Origin: Zygnema circumcarinatum SAG 698-1b
Lineage: Eukaryota; Plantae; Zygnematophyceae
Direction: 5' to 3'
DNA: 64,000 nucleotides
Assembly: GCA_037447605.1 (NCBI GenBank)
Contig: CM074810.1
Location: 558,001-622,000, forward strand
Shown: in pieces, positions 47,945-61,535 of the stretch
Position numbering within the stretch: position 1 is the stretch's first letter
Layout: each line of letters starts with the position of its first letter
Translations under genes and position numbers: made by a program
Notes under the pieces: model-generated
Told to the model about the DNA's origin: nothing
Seen by the model: only the letters and a program-made list of their open reading frames with translations
Database searches by the model: none

Positions 47945-50177
47945 TCACCTCTCTAATTTGCTGATCACATTGTCAAGCGTTGGAAGCTCCCGGACCAATT
48001 CGACCCAGTCAGGCATTCCCTGCAAAATACACATTTTTTCAGTGTAAATTTTAACCATTTAAAAAGAAAAATCGATAGTTTAAGTTGATCTGAATCCCTT
48101 CTTTCTTTTTCTTATTTTTTCATTTCAAAAATAAAGAAACTTATTTCACTTTAAACTGTTCAGAAGCCAAAAGTGACCAAAAAAATAAGGTATTTCAATT
48201 TGGGTCCGCCCCTTACCCTTCCAGATTTCCGTAAACGGCCGTCCAAACGGAGCACAAGGAACACGTCCTCTCCGGCCCTCAGCCCCTCCGCCTGCTGCTG
48301 CTCGCGGACCCATCTGCATATCCCAAAAATTTGGAATTAACAAAAAAAGCGAGAAAAGGGGGGGGGGGGGGGGGGNNNNNNNNNNTGGAATTAACAAATA
48401 AGTTAAATAATAAGGTAACGTTAATAATGGTGAAGAAAAAAATATATTGAATAAAAGCGGGCGTCCCCAAGAAGAAAATTTTGACTATCTGACCGCTTTT
48501 TCAACGGAGCGATCTGATTGGCTGCCGGCCGGGCTTCGGCTTACTTACTGCTGCCACTCCCCCGGGGAAACAATTTCCGCTCGAAATTTTTTTTCAACTT
48601 CGATGGCGCGGCGTAAAGCCGTCTCTTTCGCCTTCCTCTCAAATTCGTCCTATCGTTTCAGAGAGGGAAATACGAAAGGGGTTTTAGGGTTGAGGGAAGA
48701 GGGGTTGCTTGGAACGATGAGACGCAGAGAGGGAGGGTGAGAGAGCGGGAGAGTGAGGTAGAGAGGGGGGAGCAGAGGGAGGAGGAAAAGGAGGAGGACA
48801 GAGAGGGAGGGTGAGAGAGGGGGAGAGGAAGAAATAGAGAGTGGGGAAATAAAGAGGAAGGGTGGGGGAAGGGGAGAGGGGGGAGAGAGAGCGGCAGAGA
48901 GAGGGAGAGGAAGAGGCGGAGACGGAAACGGAGAGAGATGGGCTGCGGAGAACAAAGAGAGGGAGATAAGAAAGGGAGTCGGAAGAAAGAGGCAGAGAAC
49001 AAGAGACGAGGGAGAGAGAGAGAGAGAAAAAGAATGGAAGAACGATGAGGAGGTCACGAGTTCAAACCCCTTCCTCGTCCAGGTTCAATGAATCTGTGGC
49101 AGCTCCAACATTTGAAGGCGTTTTTGGGCCAAACCCTCTCTTTGGGGGAGGGGGCCCCCCCTTGGGAATTCCTTTATACTCGTTCCAAATAAGAGGAATT
49201 AATAAAATCCCTCTTTCCAAAAGCTCCGTTCTAAATTTTTCAGCTTTCGCCAATGCCCGTTCAACGGTTTCTTTGCTCCCTGCCAGTATTAACTGCGCCA
49301 GGTCAACCCATTCCCGTTGACTTTGACGTTGACTTTTCCTTCTTCAAACATGAATATGAAAACATTTCTTTCCCCAACACAACAATAGTATGACTGCTCC
49401 GCGCAGCTAAGTTCTGAGTTTTTGGGCTCGCTTTGAATGGAGCATGAAGGTGAAGTTTGATTCAAACATAAACACCAAAACTAGGGATTTATAATAAGTA
49501 GAGGTTAATCCAGGATCAAGTGTGAACACCCCAAAGTGGATCCCTCACCGGTCGGGTAAACTCTCGAAGTTGACACAATTCCACCACTCGATTGGTTGGA
49601 AGCCGCAAAGGAAGACGTGACAGTGTCTCGTCACGTGACACTCTCGCCATTTGCTCCTCCTCCTTCCGCTGCTCCCATAGAAAAAGAGCCACTAAAGCAC
49701 CGCCACCTGGCACACACCCATTGCCCCAAAAAAAAAATTGAAACTCATCATCGCTGCGAAACTGAACATCATTGATAATAAAGCAAAGGTAATTAATGAT
49801 GAACGGAACGGAACGGAACCGAACTGAACTGAACTGAACGAAGCTTTCCATGTTCAGGGCTGTTTACCTCCAACATTAATCCCCAGATTTCCAAGCGTTC
49901 CCAATAGGTCCGGCGCCCCCTCTCCTCCTTGCAGAGATCGAACCAATAGGGGCACAGTGAAAAATGTGGAAATTCCCGCCCCCATTCCGAATGCAACATA
50001 AAGAAATTTCCGAACTCCTCTGAATGGGGCCTGAACCTCACTGATCAGCTTCAGGTCACGGCGGAAACTCGACCCGACTTCTGCGCTACCTTCTCGTGCC
50101 TGTGTGAAGGCAGAGGGAGGGAGAGAGAGAGAGAGAGAAAGAGCGAGAGAGAGAGAGGGGGGGGGGGNNNNNNNNNN

Positions 50178-50217
<40 letters not shown>

Positions 50218-50223
50218 AAAAGC

Positions 50224-50257
<34 letters not shown>

Positions 50258-51760
50258 GAGGGGAAGTGTGAGAGAGAGGGGGGGAGGGGGGGAAGGGGGA
50301 AAAGGGGGGAGGAAAGGGGCGGCAAGGATAAAAAAAAGAGGTAGCTTTAAAAACGCGCAGTGGACAGAGATGGAGGTCTCGGGGAGAACCAAACGGTGAA
50401 ATACATGTGCGTAAGAGGATTGTATTTGGGGTTCATTCTCATTAGAACTGTGATCAAGTTTCGGTTTTCGGATACCATTTTTCTGATGAGGCAAGGACTT
50501 GACAAGCCACGAGGACTGAGAACAGGCTAATCATGACGAAAGTTATTCTCGCTAGTTTGTCATGGCCTTTCTCTCTCCCTTCCTCCCTCACCGCTTCCCT
50601 CCCTCCCTTTCCCCCCTTCCCCACCCCTTTCCCCCATCCTCCCTCCCCCATCTCCCCTCCCTCCCAGCCCCCCTACCCTCCCCTCCACCCCCCTCTCTCC
50701 ACCTCCACCTTCCCCCTCTCCCCCCTCCCTGTCCTCCCCCCCTCCCCCTCCTTCCTTCCCTTCTCCCTCCCACCTCNNNNNNNNNNTCTGCAGCTGCACG
50801 AACTCGGGCATGGCCCTGAAGGCCGCCATGTCCGGGTCCGTCAAAATGACCGAAAATTTCAGTCCGTGCCCGCCCAGCGCCTCTCGCAGCGCTGCCAAAG
50901 CGCGCGGCCCGTCCTCCCTGCGCCGCCGCCGCCCTCCTGTCAGCTGACGTCAGCAATGTGTCGTCGCGCCGGGTGATGACGTCAGCGATGTGCTCCACAC
51001 CGAACATCGCGCCACCGCAGGGCGTGATGGTTTAGGTTTGGGGGTTTTAGGGTCAGGGTTTGAGAGTTAGGGTTAAAGGTTTTGGGGTTTGACCTGAAGG
51101 CATAGCAGCAAGCCTTGTTATAGAGAGCCGCCTTTGCCTCTTCATTTGTAGGGTTCAGGGTCATCGCCAAATTGAACTGAGAGAGGGCCTCTCTTATCTG
51201 AATAAACAAACCATATCTAGATTAAGAAAACATAAATTAATGATGTAAATTAACTAACTGAGCAAGTTAAAGATGAAAATCTAGCAGGATGAAATCTAAG
51301 TTTACTTTGTCAGTTTCGAGCTCACAAGGCTGTACTGGTGAGGTAACAGTTGAGGCCCAAAAAGTGAATACTTCTTCAGCCCCAATCAAAGTCAATTCAA
51401 TCCCCCAAATTAGCCCCAGGAAAAAATTCCAAATAAATAACAAATTGGACCCACCCTCCCCTTCTTGTACAGTTGGAGCCCCAAATTGACCGCCTCCGCC
51501 GCAGTCGCCGGACCGACAGCTGTCTCCGCCTCCCCCGAGGAGCTCGCACGTACTGCCACGTGGCGCCACGTGGCGCCTGCGCAATGGCCACGCCTCACTC
51601 TAGCCACATTGCTCACACGTGTCAGGGGCCCAGTAATGGCCCTACGCCCTGCCACGTGTCCACATTGCGCCCACGCAACAGCCCGGGGCGGGCCCAAGGA
51701 CGGGGCGGGAGACGACGAGAGAGCGACGCGTGGCAGGGAAGCTGCTGACGTGGCAGCCAT
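47945..51760 (-). CDS. LPA1: LOW PSII ACCUMULATION 1 (TPR + DUF3493, chloroplast)
   Basis: Transit peptide, then LGLQLYKKGR, ALYNKACCYAFR, LKFSVILTDPDMAAFRAMPEF, FRRDLKLISEVQAPFRGVRKF, RDETLSRLPLRL, AEKFRTELLERGILL and GMPDW..SKLER*. Confidence 0.96.
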
Positions 51761-52971
51761 TTGGGAGATGACGCTGTTAGGGACTTGCTACGCGGCGTGC
51801 GAGAGGCGAAGGGAGGGAGGGAGTGAGGGAGTGAAAGGGAAATAAACGAGTAGGAGAGGGGTAAGGAGAGGGAGAGGGCGATAGGACGAGGGCAGGACGA
51901 ATGGAGTCCATTGCGAGCTACTGTAATAGACTCAAGTATCCACCAATGACGAGTCGCCACGTAAACAATTTGGCCACCTTGGCGTGCTGTGTTGGCTGAT
52001 TTTCCTCGCAGTTCACAGAGGATAACGGGCTTTTGGCCACATGGAACCGTTCGGGGATGCCGAACGGTTTTATGTGGCCGGCGAACGGGTCGTTGAACTA
52101 GCTCACACGGGACAGTCAATATCGTATCGTATCGACACTTAATGTATGTGTATCGTAACGAGATATTTCATAACACACAGAAAGCAGACGTTGAATTGAC
52201 GACGAGAATCACGGAATGCACATGTGAGTTCGTACAGTTTTTTTAAATTTCGTACGGTACGGTCGGTCGTCTGTCGGTCAACGGCAGAACAAGTCCAAGA
52301 GTCGATTGGTCAACACTTTGGTTTGATGGAAACTACATAAAGTCAACGCCCTCATAGCTAGAACAATGTTGTTGTTCAACAAGAGGCCAACTTTCCCGAG
52401 TGTGTGGTGCTCATACTATGACTGAACAACGACCACGGCTCGATGACTTGGGCCATGCTGACGCTCTCTAGCAACAACGTGAATGCAACATGGGACATGA
52501 AAGTACAGAGCCATCCATTATCCACACATAAAAATTGGCCGATTTTTTCTGCTGATTTTGTCCATGTACATTTGACGGCATCGCCATCGTGACATCAATG
52601 CCACATCCTTTGCAATTTCACACGAAAAAGCCATGCATGCACATGCGACCTCTGATTTCTAAGTGTAGAAATCATTAACACATTGTTCATGAACTTATAA
52701 TCAAAACATCCCTCTCTCTCATATACACACCTGCCAACCATTGGCACTGCCAAGTCTGCCCCGACGGCCTTGTTACTGTACTCCCAACAGCTCTTTACCC
52801 ACTACGCTTAACTTCCCCACATGGAAACCCACGAGATGTGTGCTCCCATGCTACAGATTTCCATACAAATGCCCAAAACCATGGATCTCCGGAGCTTCCT
52901 AGAACCAATTTCAAACCCTTCCTAGAAGAAGTTCCGTCAATTTGTCGACCGCCCCACGTTGCATTCATGAC

Positions 52972-53441
52972 CTACCTATCGCCCCGACACGCGCTGTAGA
53001 GATGCACGCTCTCCGGTACGCCGCGAGCATACCCAGTCAGCATGCTCACAAGCTGACACCTGGCACCCTCCTCTCCCACTCTCTCTCCCTCTCCCTCTCT
53101 CTCTCCCTCTCCCTCTCCCTCTCCCTTCGTGTCCTCCCACAGCGCCGCCACGCAGCTCCCTTTACTCGCAGAGCACGCCTTGACGCACTCCCCCGCGCTC
53201 GCGACAAAAGCCGCCGTCCAATCCCCTCTTGGGAAGAGGCCGATGTTGCGCTCATAGCCGCCGATGTCCTTGCCACACCCACCTGCTCCCATGAACCCCT
53301 CAGTTTCAGTTTCAGTTCCACAAACCAGCCCCACCATCCATGCATGGAACGTCTCCGTTCCAGTTTAACTGACCATTCCCAGAGCGAGAGAGAGAGAGAG
53401 AAAGAGAAAGAGAGCGAGAGAGAGAGAGAAAGAGAAAGAGA

Positions 53442-53519
<78 letters not shown>

Positions 53520-54197
53520 GGGGGAATTGGCAAGGAGCCGTACCAGAGCACGGAGTGAAGAAGGACCAGCCCGACGGAACGGCTTTGGTGATCCCTGTGA
53601 GTTCCGTCACAAGCTGACACTCGGAGGGCCCCTTTTGGCCGAGGAAGGGCCTCTCCTCCCACAAGAAGGCGGCGCAGCGGGCGGGCCGGGCGGCACATAG
53701 AGCGGCGCATTCCGACGGATTTGAGGCTGTAACGGACTCCAGAACGGCCACAGGGAACGCCATCGCGTGCATCTCCCAGCCGGAAATTTCAGCGCCGCAC
53801 GCACCTGAGGGCATGGAGAGACAGTTAAGAGTGATGTGGAACGGAGGGAGGGGAGGGGGGTGGTTGGAGAAGGAGAGGCAAGGGAGGATTTGGGGCGGGG
53901 AGAGAGAGGGAGGGAGGGAGGGTGAAAGAGAGAGAAAGAGAGAGGGATAGAGGAAAGGAAAGAGAAAGGGAGGGATGGAGGAGGGAGGGGGAGAGAACGA
54001 GAAAAGAGAGAGAGAGAGAGAGGAGGCGCTCCTCACACACTAACTTTCTCACCTAAATTTTTTAGCGGCGATGACGGTTTCTTTGCACCCTTCTGAACTG
54101 CTTTCTGTCCCAGTTTACGGTGCTTGGCCGCATAAGAAGGCTCCAAGAAACAGATCATAACGAGGAGAATAAAAAATGGAGTCCGCATTGATCCCAT
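52972..54197 (-). CDS. Secreted protein with two PAN/Apple-like six-Cys modules (paralogue A)
   Basis: Exon 54197-54053 encodes a signal peptide (MGSMRTPFFILLVMICFLEPSYA). Exon 53804-53544 and the last exon ending at 52972 each encode CG..G(W/Y)E..EC3xC6xC..WE..CQL..LTG..C. Introns are phase 1. Confidence 0.85.
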
Positions 54198-55308
54198 CTT
54201 GGCAAAACGTGCTCACTCCGGCGCCCTCAGTTCCTTCCTTGCTCTCCCTCTCTCCCTCCTCCCAATTCACCAAAATTTTCTCCCTCTGTATCCGTCTCCT
54301 GCTTTTCCCTCTTTCACACTTCCTGTCTTAATTTATCCCTCTCCCTCTTTCTCCCTTTCTGTCTCCTCTCTCTCCTTCCCTCCTTTTCTCTCACTCTCTC
54401 CCTTCCTCTCTCTCTCCTCCCCCCTTTATCCCTCTTTCCCCTCCTCTTTCCCTCTCGTTCCTTTACTCCCTCCCTCTCCCTCTCCCTCTCTCTCCCTCTC
54501 CCTCTCCCTCTCCCTCTCCCTCTCCCTCTCCCACTCCCTCCCACTCCCTCCCCTCCCCTCCCCTCCCCTCCCTCTCCTCTCCCTCTCCCTTCTCCCTCTC
54601 CCTCTCCCTCCCTCTCCCTCCCTCTCCCTCTCCCTCTCCCTCTCCCTCCCCTCGTTTACGCCAAGTCGTCCCTCATTGCCCCGTCCGTACAGTCCATCCC
54701 CCCAATCATACAAGTACGGACCAAATCTCGTTCCGCAAAAAAGGCTCTTTCCTGCTCTCTGGTTGGCCAATGTCGAAACATTCTCCAAATAATTAACAAA
54801 CCCTCCACCGACAAATTCCGGCAAATGAGATTTCGTCGTATGAATCCGGCGCCTTTCGGAGCTCTTTGATTGGTCCACGTCATCATACGGTACGGCGTCG
54901 ACATTCCCAATCTGCCACGTCGGACTTTTTGACTCCAAATCTCGGCATTATTCGCCGTGGAAGTGTACGAACGGTCATAATGTGGTCGGTGGGATTCTCT
55001 CCCCGTCAATCGGCGGTTTCTGATTGGCTGAGAGTCCCGGAATTTCTCCGAGAGTCCCACCGCGGCGGACAGCCAATCGGAAGCCTCCGGGCGGCGCCTC
55101 CCTTTTAGGGCCGAGCTCCTCCCACTTTTCTAGCGCCCCTCGTCCCCCCGAAAGGTTTGCAGGGGCAGAACAGAAACATTTTAGGCTGACCGAAAAGTTT
55201 TTTGGGCAGCTTTGGTTCCGTCCCAGGGAGGCCGAAGTCGATTCCGGCAGCCCGAAATTCCTTGGCGGGGAGGAAGAAAGGCTTTTTGGGCAGCCCGTTT
55301 CTCACCTG

Positions 55309-57032
55309 ATGGAGGGCCTCCACCGCGCCATGGCGGCTACGCTGCTGCTCCTCCTCGCTCTGCCGGCCACTCTCGCGCTGCCACGTAAGCTCGCCATGAC
55401 GGAGGCCATGGCGGTCTCTCCCTCCTCAGAACTAGTGCGAGCTGTGAGGGTAGGAGAGGGGGAGGCAGTGAGTGGGGAGAGAGATAGAGTGAGAGAGGGA
55501 GAGAGTCTAGAGGCGGAGGAAGACTCAGAGCTTCTTGAAGCCATTCGTCTCGTCGAGAGGGCCAGTCTGGAAAGTAAGTTCCTCCGAAACCTCTCTCAAA
55601 TTTTCCTCAAAAACCCAACAACCAGAAACTGGAACTGGAACTGAAACTGAAACTGAACCTCAGCTACAACTTTAACCTTAAACGACCCTTTAACTGGAAC
55701 TGGAACTGAAACTGAAACTGGAACTGGAACTGGAACTGCAACTGAAGCACAGCTGCAACTTTAACCCTAGACGACACTTAAATTGAAACTGAAACTGAAA
55801 CTGGAACTGGGCACCACATGTGCCCTCTCAGAGCTGTGTGGGGCCCACATCCCCGGGTGGGAGCGGCGGAGCGACCTGGCCCCTGTGGGGCGGTGGGAGG
55901 GCGTCCCGGCGGAGAGCGCGTCGGCGTGCGCGGGCGCGTGCGCGGCGCAGAGGGAACAGTGCGCGGGCGCGCTCTGGGAGGAGGGCGCCCTGGCCAATGG
56001 GACGGGCTGCCAGCTCATACGCGAGCTGACGGGGCTGGAGCCGCGCATGCAAGGGACCGCCGATGTCTACATTCCATGCAACGGTACCTCTTACTATAAT
56101 GGCCCTTTCTCTGTCCCGCACCCCTCCTATTTTTGTGTATTTTTTGTGTGTTTTTTATGATGAAAGCATTTACTTGGTTGATGTTTGTAAGATTTTATCG
56201 TTTATTTAGGTATTTCTGTGGTCAGTTTGGTGAAGAAGAGATTGGCTCAACGTTGGTTTCACGGCGGGCATTTGCCATCGAATGTCGAATGTTTCTTTGT
56301 TTATTTGGGTAGCCGTTCATTTGCTTCTGTAGTGATCTCTTACCGATAAGAATAGAGAGAATTCGCTCCTTGAGCTTCAAACCCTGCATCCCGTCAGCAG
56401 CAGTCTCCTCAAAGTAATGCATTTTCCACTTGTGACACATTCGCTCTCACATTGCACAACCCAAAACCAGTCAAAAGGCTGCATCAATGCACCCCGTGTT
56501 CACGTTGTGCATGTATTCACGTGTGGTCTCCTATCAACCCATTGTCCAAGAAACAATATTCCATAGTTCCTGTTGTCCAACATTGTCCTAGAAACAAAAG
56601 CTCCTGTTGTCCAACATTGTCCTAGAAACATTGTTCCATTCCATGTTGTTCATGCATGCAGACGGGTGCGGCGCCCTCGTGTGGGGCTACGAGATGCACG
56701 GCGCCGTACGGCCTATGGGCGCGCGCGAGCCCTCCCCCGCGGGCAGCCTCCCCGAGTGCGTCGCCGCGTGCTCGGCCGCGCCCGCGCGCTGCGTGGCGGC
56801 CTTCTGGGAGGAGGACGAGGCCGCGGGGGGCGACCGCCTGGCCGACACGTGTCACCTCGTGGGCGCGCTCGCCGGGTACGCGCACGCCACGACGGGCGCC
56901 ATCTCCACGCTCTATGTGGCCTGCGTAGCGTCGAGCAGTTCCACGGAGATGGGGGGGACTGGGAGCAGGGGAAGGGGTGGGCAGGGGGAACTGAAGGAAG
57001 TGAACGGGACGCAGTTGAACGGGGGCAGTTGA
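55309..57032 (+). CDS. Secreted protein with two PAN/Apple-like six-Cys modules (paralogue B)
   Basis: Exons 55309-55573 (signal peptide MAATLLLLLALPATLA plus acidic linker; second ATG at 55330), 55832-56083 and 56662-57032. Phase-1 introns and the same Cys spacing as paralogue A. Confidence 0.85.
55625..55810. repeat. (AACTGG/AACTGA)n hexamer tracts in intron 1 of paralogue B
   Basis: Directly visible, as two related blocks. Confidence 0.85.
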
Positions 57033-57135
57033 ACGTGGGGCTGTTGGACGGAAGGAATTGAACGGGAGGCAGTTGAACGGGAGGTAGTCGAACGGGAGGC
57101 AGTTGAACGGGGGGCAGTTGAACGGGGGCAGTTGA
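57000..57135. repeat. About 15-bp minisatellite GTTGAACGGGRGGCA spanning the stop codon of paralogue B
   Basis: About 9 degenerate copies are visible. Confidence 0.85.
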
Positions 57136-57892
57136 ATAGAGGGAGCAGGTAGGGGCTCCCTTATTTTTTTCTTTACTTTTTTGGGTTCATGACACCTCGT
57201 CGTCAGCCGGAAAACGGAAGAGGTTTTTGTTTTTATTTTTTATGTACATTATATCTCCTTTATGGGATTGTTCAACAGGTTCAGGGATTTGAAGGGTTTC
57301 GAGGTTCTTAGGTTTGTAAGGGTTTTAAGGCTAGGAAGGATAGGACCCGTTCGCTTTTCTCGAGCTGATCTATGCTCTTAACGAGCAGACTGTTTCAGTT
57401 TCAGTTGAACTGTTCAACAAAGAGCATTAGAGATCAATGCCGTGCATACATCCAAACTTGTGTACATTTTCAAACTACGAAAATTGTCGACCACTTACCT
57501 TTCGATCCTTGGCTAGTTTTCTGAGCTCTGTGCATATTCAGAACTTGTCAGTATCTTCCGTAATTCACTACTCAAACGCTTTTTTTTTTTTAATATTCAC
57601 ATCGTGGATCAAATTCCAAGAACTTGGACGTGGGGGAGAGAAATTCTTCACATTTTCCAAGGGACCTGATCTGCAACCTAAAATGTACACCGCCAGACTC
57701 CCCAAAAATGTCCCCTCCTCCCCCAGCCCTGATCTGAACAGCCTATCCGTACAACTCCCCTTTCCATTCCCCACCCTCAACCTCACAACCCCAAAAAAAA
57801 ACGCCCCATATAGACAAAACCCACAAACCCAAAAACCCACAACCCCCAACCCCAAAATTCTCTGCCTTTTTTTTTTTTTTTTCAGTTTTCTT

Positions 57893-60800
57893 TTAGTACG
57901 ATTTTTGTTCTTCCTCCCCCACCTCGTCGATCAGTCCCCGCCCGCTCGTCTCACTCGGAAAGAAGAGGACGGCGGCGGCGGCAAAGAGAGGGAGAGCCGC
58001 AAAGAGGGACACGGCCAAACGGGTTTCGGAGCAGTTCCGTGTCAGTCCCACGGCCACAAAAGGACAAAGAATGCCGCCCAGACGCGAGAAGGAATTCGCG
58101 ATCCCGAGGCCGGTGGAGCGTGTGGAGGTAGGGTAGACCTGCCCCGAAAAAAGGATTTCTCGCTGCCCGTAAGGACATGTTTTCAAGACACGTCTTGTAT
58201 GTACACACACACATACTTGAATTCCGTAATTCTCTCCTTTCTTTTTTCTTTAGAGAGAGAGAGAGAGAGAGTGGGGGGGGGGGAAGAGAGAGAGAGATAG
58301 ACGAGAGACAGGTGAGAGTGGTAGAGCACGAAAATGAGAGAGACAGAGAGGGAGAGAGAGAGCGAGAGAGGGAGAGGGAGAGAGAGAGAGAGCGAGAGAG
58401 AGAGAGAGAAAGAGAGACTCTTCTCATTTATATGTTTCAGTTTTTTTTTTTTTACCTCGGGTGCATATAAGAAGAGAACTTGGAAGGAGCCCATGATGGC
58501 CGCACGTGCTAAGAAAAGGGAAAGAGTGGTTGCAGCTTCGCCCTGCGGGTACAAAAGGGGTATAAGTGAAAACCCCGTTATAGAAAGGAGGCCGGACATT
58601 GTTTTTTTCCGACCCAACCGGTCGACCACAAGCGCCGCCGCACCTATTCCGGGCAGCTCTGGAAAAAAGGTTGAAAGCCCCACCAAAAAAGAAAAACAAG
58701 GTGAGGGGAATGGATGAGAACGGACAAAGAAAAGGTATTAACGAAAGATTAACTTAGAAAGTTTGTTAAAAGCAAAGAGCAATAGAGAACAAACTTAAGG
58801 AAATATTGAAAAACAAAGAGGGTGATAATGAAATTACCTGCAAAACTGGTCACAAGAACATCCCGATAAAAACTTTCGTCTGGCAAACTATTTACATCTC
58901 CAGGACCGGGACAATGGGAGCCTCCAGTAAGCCGAGAAGTCAACAGAACAAGTCCGTAATACGTAAAAGCATTCGAAAAAAACACTCCCCATAGAAGCGC
59001 CGTTGACTTTAATAGAGGGGGCGAAACTAGTGTCAAAAGTACGGAAAACGGGCCTTTTTCATCGGGGATACTTTCATTTTTTTCCGTATCTTCAACGACC
59101 ATAACTTCATTCTCAAAAGACCCATACTTTTGGGGCATTTTTTCGACCTTGGATGGGGCCAAATGGGGTTCCGTGGAGTCCACAGTTCTACGGAACAGTT
59201 CCCAGTTTGCAACTAAACGGCCGGACGGAAGTGGTTTGTTGTTCGTAACGGAAATCTGTTGCAGGACACGGAACGCATCGTTGGGCCTATTTTTTACCAT
59301 GTAATAGCGTGGAGACTCGGGGAGAAGTGGGTAGAAGAGGAGGAGGAGGAGGAGGGGGAGAGAGGAGAGGAGGAGGAGCCACCTCCATCCGAGAGTCGGC
59401 ATTACTGCCTGAAAAAGAACAAAAAAATTACATAATTAGACTCTCAGAAACTTCCGATCTTGTTCCAGCATGCACGCCTAAGTGGGTTTTTCGTTTAAGC
59501 TTTCATTTAGTCGAGAAGTGAAAGACCCCCATTCTATCTCTTTCAGTTTGCTTTACATTACTGATAACCTTTTTCCCAAAAATTCGAGCCTCTCAACTCC
59601 TTCGTAATTTCATTCCATACATCTCAAACTTTATCCATTTTTTTTTTTTTTTCCTCCTCCCAAAGTAAAAGCACTGACCCATGCAAGCGCTGCCTCCGCG
59701 ATGGACCCAAAAGTCCAAAAAACCGAAATGAATATCAACCAAAACCCTCGCCTCTGAGTGGGAACAAACTCAAGGAAGAGGGAGAATACGACCGGTGCCC
59801 CCCCCAGCCCCGCCCCCACAAGGGCACGGAAGAGGAGGAGGAGGGGGTAGGAGGGGGCCAAGGCGCTGAGCACACTCGCTACAAAGGTAAGGAGGGCGGT
59901 AACGCCGAAGCCAACTCTGCAGCCGGGTGGGAGAGGGGGGTGAGAGAGAGGGAGGGAGGGAGGGAGNNNNNNNNNNCCAATCCTCTTACCTAGTTTGCAA
60001 GCGGAAGGGGAGGGGGAGGGGGAGGGGTGGGGTGGGGTGGGGTGGGGGGAGGGGAGGAAGGAAGGCAGGGAAGGAGGGGGAGGGAAGGGGAGGGAGGGAG
60101 GGATAAGGGGGAATGGGAGCGGGAGGAGAAGGGGGCAAGGAGGAGGGCACGGGGAGGTACGCAGGGGGAGGACATGGAGGTTAGAGGCACGGATAAGGGA
60201 GGTTGGAGGGAGGCACGGGTAAAAAGGGAAGGGGGATGTAAGCAAGGACCTTAAAAAATGTAGAACCCTGGTATCTCCTTTCCTCTGCATTTCCCCCTCT
60301 TTCCAGCACCGCAACTCTACAAACAAAACGTCCCCAATCTCTCTCTTCCTCTCCTCCCTCAATCCTCCCTGCCAGTCACTTTCTCCCCTTGCCGTCTCCC
60401 CTCCTCTCCCATCGCCACTTCGCTCTCCCCCCAATTCCTCTCTCCGGCCCTCCCCCCTTCCCCCCCCCTCTTTCTCTCCCTCCCCCTCTCCCACCCTCCC
60501 CTCCCTCCCTCCCTCCCTCCTTTCCTCACCTCCTTCCGCGCGCGTCCGCCAGCACCCCCCAGGAGTAGGCCCCGATCAGCATCCCCGTGAAGACGGCTGA
60601 CGTCAGCAGCCCCTCCTCCCTCGCGGAGAGGCCCCACTCTGGCGTCAGCGCGGGCCCCACCACGGCGAGCTGGAGGGCCTCCATGGCCTCCGCCATCCAC
60701 GCGAGTCCCGCGTACGCGCCGACCGCCGCCTGGAACCGCCCGAACCCCGCGCGATCTATGGCCTCGTCCACCGTGAACACCGCCGCAGTTTCAGTTTCAG

Positions 60801-61535
60801 TTTCAGTTGCAGTTGCTGGTGCGGTTGCAGGTGCGGTTGTGGCTGCGGTTGGGAGGAGAGGGCTGCAAGGAAAGGGTCATTGTTGGTGTGGAGGAGGAGG
60901 GAATTGGGGGGTGGGGGGGGGAGGGGGGGTGGAGGGGGAAAAACCCTATAAACCCTAAAACCATAAAAGCCCTAAAAAACCCTAAGTTTCAATTGCAGTT
61001 TCAGTTTCAGGATTGGGTTTGGGTTGCAGTTTCGATTCAGGGGAGCGGGATTTGCGAGAAAGGGAGGGAGGAGGGAGAAGCATGATCATGGAGAGGTGGG
61101 TTCTGTTGCAGTTTCAGGTGCAGTACAGGTCACAGTTTCGGTTGGGCTTGGGGTTGCAGTTGGGCTTTTGAAGGGTGGTTGGACCTTTTAAAAGTTTAAA
61201 AGTATTTGCGGTTTTGTTCGTATTCAAGTGGGCTAAACTCTGCAGGACCTTCCGTGAAATTTGAGACCTAGGAAATTGTCTAACTAGAAATAAAATGCAG
61301 GATTCTAAGGTCGGTCGATTTTTAGGGCGTTGGGTGTTGCACCTTTTTTTATGGTTTCATGGTACTAAATTTCAAAACAAAATAAGATTTCTAATTCAAA
61401 CGTAAAAATAATGAGCTAAAGACAAAAAAAATAAAGATTCTTAATAAATCATTATAATAAAAAAAATATATTGAAGTAAAAAAGGGTCGGTTCCCCTTAC
61501 GATATCTCCTGCGTGCTCTGCTCCCCGGCCCCCAT
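57893..61535 (-). CDS. SV2-related MFS transporter, OCT7/NiaP-like (organic cation/nicotinate)
   Basis: MGAGEQSTQEIS|PLLP..FTVDEAIDRAGFGRFQ..LAWMAEAMEALQ..GMLIGAYSWGVLADARGRR|VGF, GAPVVFSLFLEFVPTQRRG, LPESPRY, FSNAFTYYGLVLL, VVDRLGRK and YPTSTRSTGLG. An in-frame upstream ATG at 61802 could add 89 aa. Confidence 0.92.

Noticed and set aside
16799-59976. Recurrent 10-N blocks
   Set aside because: Scaffold gaps, nearly all beside G/C homopolymer or microsatellite tracts; technical rather than biological.
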